Below, piece by piece: positions 16,497 to 20,691 of a DNA stretch of 20,691 bases. Source of the DNA: Candidatus Eiseniibacteriota bacterium. GTDB taxonomy: Bacteria; ARS69. Each line of letters opens with the position of its first letter. The stretch's first letter is position 1. The notes under the pieces were generated by a model. That model was given only the letters and a program-made list of their open reading frames with translations, ran no database searches and was not told the DNA's origin. The stretch covers positions 1 to 20,691 of the forward strand of contig JBQTGV010000081.1 in NCBI GenBank assembly GCA_052390515.1, written 5' to 3'. Made by a program: the position numbers and the translations under genes.

Positions 16497-16972
16497 CGGA
16501 CTTTCGGGCACTGCTGACCCGGCTCGTCGATGCTGGAGTCGAGTTCATCGTCGTCGGCGGACTCGCGGGCATCGCGCATGGCGCGGCGCGGTCTACTCAG
16601 GACGTCCACGTAGTTTACTCGCGGACCGAGGCGAATCTGGAGCGGCTGGTTCGGGCGCTCCTGCCGGTGCGTCCTTACCTGCGCGGCGCTCCCCCCGGGC
16701 TCCCTTTCTCCTGGGACGCGAGAACCCTGCGTGCCGGATTGAACTTCACGTTGGAGACCGAAACGGGAGACATCGACCTGCTCGGCGAGCTCACCGGCGG
16801 CGGAACGTACGAGAATCTCTTGTCCAGCTCGATCGAGATCCTGGTGTTCGGGCATTCCGTCCGCTGCCTTTCGCTCCGCAAGCTGATCGAGGTCAAGCGC
16901 GCGGCGGGACGCCCGAAGGATCTCGAGGCCATCGCAGAACTCGAGGCGCTGGCCGAGGAAAGCGGCGCCTGA
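16493..16972 (+). CDS. Pol-beta superfamily nucleotidyltransferase (AbiEii/DUF6036-like), putative toxin
   Basis: VEFIVVGGLAGIAHGAARSTQDVH (GG-x-A...R-x-T-x-D-x-D motif with the last D replaced by H), GDIDLL, LIEVKRAAGRPKDLE. Confidence 0.85.
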   Translation: MTDFRALLTRLVDAGVEFIVVGGLAGIAHGAARSTQDVHVVYSRTEANLERLVRALLPVRPYLRGAPPGLPFSWDARTLRAGLNFTLETETGDIDLLGELTGGGTYENLLSSSIEILVFGHSVRCLSLRKLIEVKRAAGRPKDLEAIAELEALAEESGA

Positions 16973-16976
16973 ACCG

Positions 16977-18035
16977 ATGGCTACTCCCGAGAGAGTCCTC
17001 GAAACCCTCCAGGATCTGCGTCTGGACCCAGCGCCGAAGAGCATCGTCGCGCTGGGGATGATCGTCGAACCGACGGTCCGCGAGGGGCGCGTGCGCCTCA
17101 CGCTGGAAATGCCGTCACCGGCGCATCCGCGGACGGACGCGCTGGCCGCCGCGGTGCGGCAACGGGTCGCCGCGCTCGACGGCGTCGCCTCCGTCGACGT
17201 GGAGACGACCTGGCGCGTGCGCGAGGGCGACTTCAAGAAGCCGGCCATCCCCGGCGTCAAGAACGTGATCGCGGTGGCCAGCGGCAAGGGCGGCGTCGGC
17301 AAGAGCACCGTCGCCGCGAACCTGGCCGCGGGGCTGCACGCGCTCGGCGCTTCGGCCGGGCTCCTGGACCTCGACATCTACGGCCCGAGCGTCCCGGTTG
17401 TCCTCGGGGACGACAGCGAACCGCGCGTCGCCGGCGGCGAACGCCTGCTCGCCTCGGAAGCGCACGGCCTTCGCTTCCTGTCCATGGGCCAGCTGGCCCG
17501 CGGGGACAGCCCGGTCGTGTGGCGCGGGCCGATGCTGCACAAGATGGTGATGCAGTTCGCAGACGCCGACTGGGGCACGCTCGACTACCTGATCCTCGAT
17601 CTCCCGCCCGGCACGGGAGACGTGCAGCTCACCGTGACGCAGCAACTGCCCGTTTCCGGTGCGCTGATCGTGACGACGCCGCAGGAGATCGCTTTGATCG
17701 ACGCGCGCAAGGGGCTGCGCATGTTCCGCGAGGTGCACGTGGCGGTCCTCGGCCTCGTCGAGAACATGTCGAGCTACCGCTGCCGCAAGTGCGGGAAGGA
17801 GCATGCGCTGTTCGGCACCGGCGGCGGCGCGAAGCTCGCCGCGGAGGAGGGCGTGCCGCTGCTTGCGCGGCTGCCGCTCGATCCGGAGATCAGCGCGAGC
17901 ACGGGCGCCGGCGTACCCATCGCGTTCGGGAAGGGCGTTCTCGCCGACGCGTGGCGCCGTCTCGCCGCGGAGACCGCCGCCGCCGCGGCCACGCTCTCCC
18001 TCGCCAAGAGCCCGTTCAAGGTGCTCGCGTCGTGA
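16977..18035 (+). CDS. mrp: Mrp/NBP35/ApbC Fe-S cluster carrier ATPase with N-terminal DUF59 (FeS_assembly_P) domain
   Basis: [48 protein letters not shown]-terminal [13 protein letters not shown]...[11 protein letters not shown]. Confidence 0.95.
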   Translation: MATPERVLETLQDLRLDPAPKSIVALGMIVEPTVREGRVRLTLEMPSPAHPRTDALAAAVRQRVAALDGVASVDVETTWRVREGDFKKPAIPGVKNVIAVASGKGGVGKSTVAANLAAGLHALGASAGLLDLDIYGPSVPVVLGDDSEPRVAGGERLLASEAHGLRFLSMGQLARGDSPVVWRGPMLHKMVMQFADADWGTLDYLILDLPPGTGDVQLTVTQQLPVSGALIVTTPQEIALIDARKGLRMFREVHVAVLGLVENMSSYRCRKCGKEHALFGTGGGAKLAAEEGVPLLARLPLDPEISASTGAGVPIAFGKGVLADAWRRLAAETAAAAATLSLAKSPFKVLAS

Positions 18036-19216
18036 CGACCGCCTGGGTGCCGCTCACCGGGGTCCGCGAGATCGTCGCGGTACACAGCGCGAAGGGTGGC
18101 GTCGGCAAGTCGACCGTGGCGGTGAACCTGGCGGTGGCGTGCGCGCGGATGGATATGCGGGTGGCGCTGCTGGACGCCGACATTCACGGCCCATCCGTCG
18201 CGCACATGATGGGCTCGTCCGAGCGGCCGCGCACCGCACCGTCCGGCGACCGCGTCTTCCCCATCGAGCGGCACGGCGTGAAGTACCTCTCCCTCGCCAA
18301 CGTCGCCGAGCCCGACGCGCCGGTGATCTGGCGCGGGCCGATGGTGGCGGGTGCGCTTCGCCAGCTCCTCGAGATCGTCGACTGGGGCGAAACCGATATG
18401 CTGCTGGTCGACATGCCGCCCGGTACCGGAGACGCGGTGCTCGGCATCGGCCAGGCGGTGACGCTCAGCGGCGTGGTCGTGGTGACGACTCCCGAGGCGC
18501 TCTCCGTCTCCGACACGCGTCGCGGCGTGCACGCCTTCGAGCGGCTCGAGGTCCCCGTGCTCGGTCTCGTCGAGAACATGGCCTCGTTCGTCTGCGATGC
18601 GTGCGGGGACGAGGTGGCGCTCTTCGGCGAAGGCGGCGGACGGCGCGCCGCGGAGGCGCTGGGCATTCCGTTCCTCGGGCGCGTGCCGATCGATCCCCTG
18701 GTCGTGCCGGCGGGAGACTCGGGCGTGCCGATCTTGGCGAAGGACGCTGGGCAGCCGGCCGCGCGCGCCTTCGACGCGGTGGCCAAGGCGATGCTGGCGC
18801 GGATGGCGCTGAGCGGACAGAGCTCGTCCTTCGACATCGAGTGGAAGCGCATGAAGGCGAAGGAGCGGCGGCGCGATCCGCCGGGCAAGGTCAAGCCGTC
18901 CGGCGAGCCGGGGCGGCCCGACGCACTGTGGCAGGCGGCGGACGACGTGCTCGGCATCCGCTGGGGCGACGGCCGGACCACGTTCCACGGAGCGTACGCG
19001 CTGCGCGTCGCCTGCCCGTGCGCCGGATGTGTCGAGGAGTGGTCCGGGAAGCGGCAGCCTTCCCTGGATACCGTGCCGCGGGGCGTTCGCCCCGTCACCA
19101 TCCGCTCGGTGGGCCGCTACGCCATCCTGCCGGTCTGGAGCGACGGCCACCGGACCGGGATGTTCTCGTTCCGCGCGCTGCGGGAGGGCGCCGGAGCGGT
19201 CGACGCGCCGGCGTGA
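18032..19216 (+). CDS. mrp: Second Mrp/NBP35 ATPase with C-terminal DUF971 (GBBH-like N) domain
   Basis: GTG 18032 overlaps the upstream stop (GTGA); [41 protein letters not shown]-terminal LGIRWGDG...[10 protein letters not shown]...[21 protein letters not shown]. Confidence 0.92.
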   Translation: MTTAWVPLTGVREIVAVHSAKGGVGKSTVAVNLAVACARMDMRVALLDADIHGPSVAHMMGSSERPRTAPSGDRVFPIERHGVKYLSLANVAEPDAPVIWRGPMVAGALRQLLEIVDWGETDMLLVDMPPGTGDAVLGIGQAVTLSGVVVVTTPEALSVSDTRRGVHAFERLEVPVLGLVENMASFVCDACGDEVALFGEGGGRRAAEALGIPFLGRVPIDPLVVPAGDSGVPILAKDAGQPAARAFDAVAKAMLARMALSGQSSSFDIEWKRMKAKERRRDPPGKVKPSGEPGRPDALWQAADDVLGIRWGDGRTTFHGAYALRVACPCAGCVEEWSGKRQPSLDTVPRGVRPVTIRSVGRYAILPVWSDGHRTGMFSFRALREGAGAVDAPA

Positions 19217-19253
19217 GTCGGCGGACGGCACCGGAGCGGTCCGGCCGCCCGCG

Positions 19254-19262
19254 TGATAGGAT
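19254..19262 (+). promoter_or_regulatory. Extended -10 promoter (TGaTAGGAT) upstream of yggX
   Basis: TG-n-TAGGAT in the 68 nt gap; GGAGG SD before ATG 19285. Confidence 0.45.
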
Positions 19263-19284
19263 CCCGCGCGTCCCGGAGGGTGGA

Positions 19285-19557
19285 ATGGCTCGCATGGTGA
19301 AGTGCGTGATCCTGGGCAAGGAAGCGGAGGGACTGGACTACCCCCCCGTCCCGGGCGAGCTCGGGCGAAAGATCTACGAGGGCGTGTCCAAGGAGGCGTG
19401 GGCGCAGTGGACCGGACTGCAGACCATGCTCATCAACGAGTACCGGCTGAACCTGGCCGACGAGCGCGCGCAGAAGCTCCTCATGGAAAAGCTCGAGGAG
19501 TTCCTCTACGGGCAGGGAATCGAGCCGCCGCCGGACTACGTGCCGCCCTCGACCTGA
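19285..19557 (+). CDS. yggX: Fe(II)-trafficking / oxidative damage protection protein YggX
   Basis: Tail of ORF 17803..19557: [53 protein letters not shown]...EEFL; conserved Cys7 present; SD GGAGG. Confidence 0.95.
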   Translation: MARMVKCVILGKEAEGLDYPPVPGELGRKIYEGVSKEAWAQWTGLQTMLINEYRLNLADERAQKLLMEKLEEFLYGQGIEPPPDYVPPST

Positions 19558-19579
19558 ACCCCGTCGCTGGAGAAGCACG

Positions 19580-20242
19580 TTGCCGTCATCGAGCCTCGGC
19601 GACGTCGTCGAGAGGATCTTCGCCTGCCGGCGTTCCCTTCCCGCCGACCGAAGCGTGTTGGTCGCCGTCACCGGGATCGACGGCTGCGGCAAGGGCTGGG
19701 TGACCTCGCGCCTCCTCGAGGCTCTGGCGGCCATCGGGATCCGCGCGGTGGGGATCTCCGTGGACGGTTGGCTTCACCTTCCCGACCGCCGCTTCCACGA
19801 CACGCAGCCGGCGCAGCACTTCTACCTTCATGCCGTCCGTTTCGACGAGATGTTCGAACGACTGATCCTCCCGCTCCGCGATCGACGCTCCGTGACCGTG
19901 GAAGCGGACTTCACGGAGGAGACGGCCACGCGCTACCGCCGGCACGTGTACGACGTTCAGGACGCGGATGTCGTCCTGCTCGAGGGCATCTACCTGCTGA
20001 AGCGCGAGCACCGCGGGCACTTCGACCTGTCCGTCTGGGTCGAGTGCAGCTTCGAGACAGCGCTGGAACGGGCGATCGCTCGGGCGCAGGAGGGGCTCTC
20101 GCGTGAGGAGACCGTCCGGGAGTACGAGAGGATCTACTTCCCCGCTCAGGAGCTCCACTTCCGGAAGGATCGCCCGAGAGAAGCGGCGACCGTCGTACTG
20201 GTCAATGATCCGCGCCTGCAACCGGATGCGCGCGCCGGCTAA
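19580..20242 (+). CDS. Uridine kinase-like P-loop kinase
   Basis: LVAVTGIDGCGKG Walker A, ISVDGW, VVLLEGIYLL, FDLSVWVECSFETALERA..R, YFPAQ. Start codon (TTG) uncertain. Confidence 0.85.
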   Translation: MPSSSLGDVVERIFACRRSLPADRSVLVAVTGIDGCGKGWVTSRLLEALAAIGIRAVGISVDGWLHLPDRRFHDTQPAQHFYLHAVRFDEMFERLILPLRDRRSVTVEADFTEETATRYRRHVYDVQDADVVLLEGIYLLKREHRGHFDLSVWVECSFETALERAIARAQEGLSREETVREYERIYFPAQELHFRKDRPREAATVVLVNDPRLQPDARAG

Positions 20243-20691
20243 CCGTCCGCCTGCCCGTCCGGCAGCAGCACGAACGCGGTGGCGTTCATCTCGTAGGTCT
20301 TGCCCGCGATATCCTCGGCGACGAGACCCTTGCTCTCGGCCGCCAGGTGCGCCGCGTCCGCCGGAGCGATCTCCTTCTCGTAGAACGATCCCTGCACGAG
20401 CACGCGCCGGCCGGCCGCATCCTTCGGGAAAGCGTACTGCCCCCCGCAGCCCGAGGACCAGCGCACCCAGATCGGCTCGGCCTCCCCGTCCGTGATCGTC
20501 ATCCAGCAGCCCTTGGACTGGCACACCGCCGCGGCCGTGGCTTCCACGACGATCGTCTTCTCGAAGTACTTCGCCGGTTCGGCCAGCACCGCAGCGAGCT
20601 TCGCCGACGCGCCGGCGCTGGTGCTGCCCGAAGGCGCGGCGAGGACGGGACAGGAGATCACCGCCGGCGAGGCGGTGAAGCTCGCCGCGGT
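20239..20691 (-). CDS. DUF4920 domain-containing protein, 5' truncated by the window edge
   Basis: VEATAAAVCQSKGCWM, FPKDAAGRRVLVQG and AAHLAAE match DUF4920 as I recall it. The frame stays open upstream of 20661 to the edge (TAASFTASPAV). Confidence 0.8.
   Translation of the reverse strand, partial: TAASFTASPAVISCPVLAAPSGSTSAGASAKLAAVLAEPAKYFEKTIVVEATAAAVCQSKGCWMTITDGEAEPIWVRWSSGCGGQYAFPKDAAGRRVLVQGSFYEKEIAPADAAHLAAESKGLVAEDIAGKTYEMNATAFVLLPDGQADG

Noticed and set aside
17519-18031. N-terminal extensions of the second Mrp (17519) and of YggX (17803)
   Set aside because: Off-frame overlaps with genuine genes; true starts at 18032 and 19285 are supported by coupling or SD and by family N-termini.
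3515-20524. Numerous other long overlapping ORFs (e.g. 3515..5752, 7172..8791, 8218..10197, 10399..12060, 12265..13905, 14434..16023, 17774..19231) as overprinted genes
   Set aside because: Expected from stop-codon scarcity at high GC; none shows recognisable motifs or initiation signals.
1-20691. CRISPR arrays, tRNA/rRNA, riboswitches, IS elements, intrinsic terminators
   Set aside because: No repeat-spacer periodicity, cloverleaf, transposase or integrase motif, or hairpin followed by a U-tract was seen. All intergenic gaps are under 150 nt. A covariance-model scan would be needed to exclude small RNAs.

Overview
A high-GC, gene-dense bacterial window with about 18 CDS and no recognisable RNA genes, CRISPR arrays or mobile elements. 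The secreted-protein C-termini suggest an FCB-related candidate lineage such as Eisenbacteria, Krumholzibacteria or Latescibacteria (inference only). The left arm (minus strand, 1-10394) holds a coupled four-gene operon: an SO_0444/ArsP-family permease fused to an HflK-type SPFH domain, then hflC, hflK and a ZIP transporter. This is the best candidate for an undescribed system, an SPFH cage or microdomain dedicated to metal transport. Three secreted proteins follow: an M1 aminopeptidase with an FlgD-Ig tail, a cleaved-adhesin/PPC-like protein ending in SWGAVKARYR, and a >772 aa Ig-repeat protein with tandem cohesin and dockerin modules that is missing from the ORF track. The right arm (plus strand) encodes a TM+TPR protein, Fe/Mn SOD, YqgE/AlgH, a split AASS-like LKR + saccharopine dehydrogenase pair, a small-protein/nucleotidyltransferase TA-like pair, two coupled Mrp/NBP35 paralogues that share out the HCF101 accessory domains (DUF59 and DUF971), YggX and a uridine-kinase-like protein. 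A convergent DUF4920 gene is cut by the right edge. Three genes show a -10 box exactly 6 nt before the start codon (leaderless pattern). All family calls come from motif recognition; no database searches were run.
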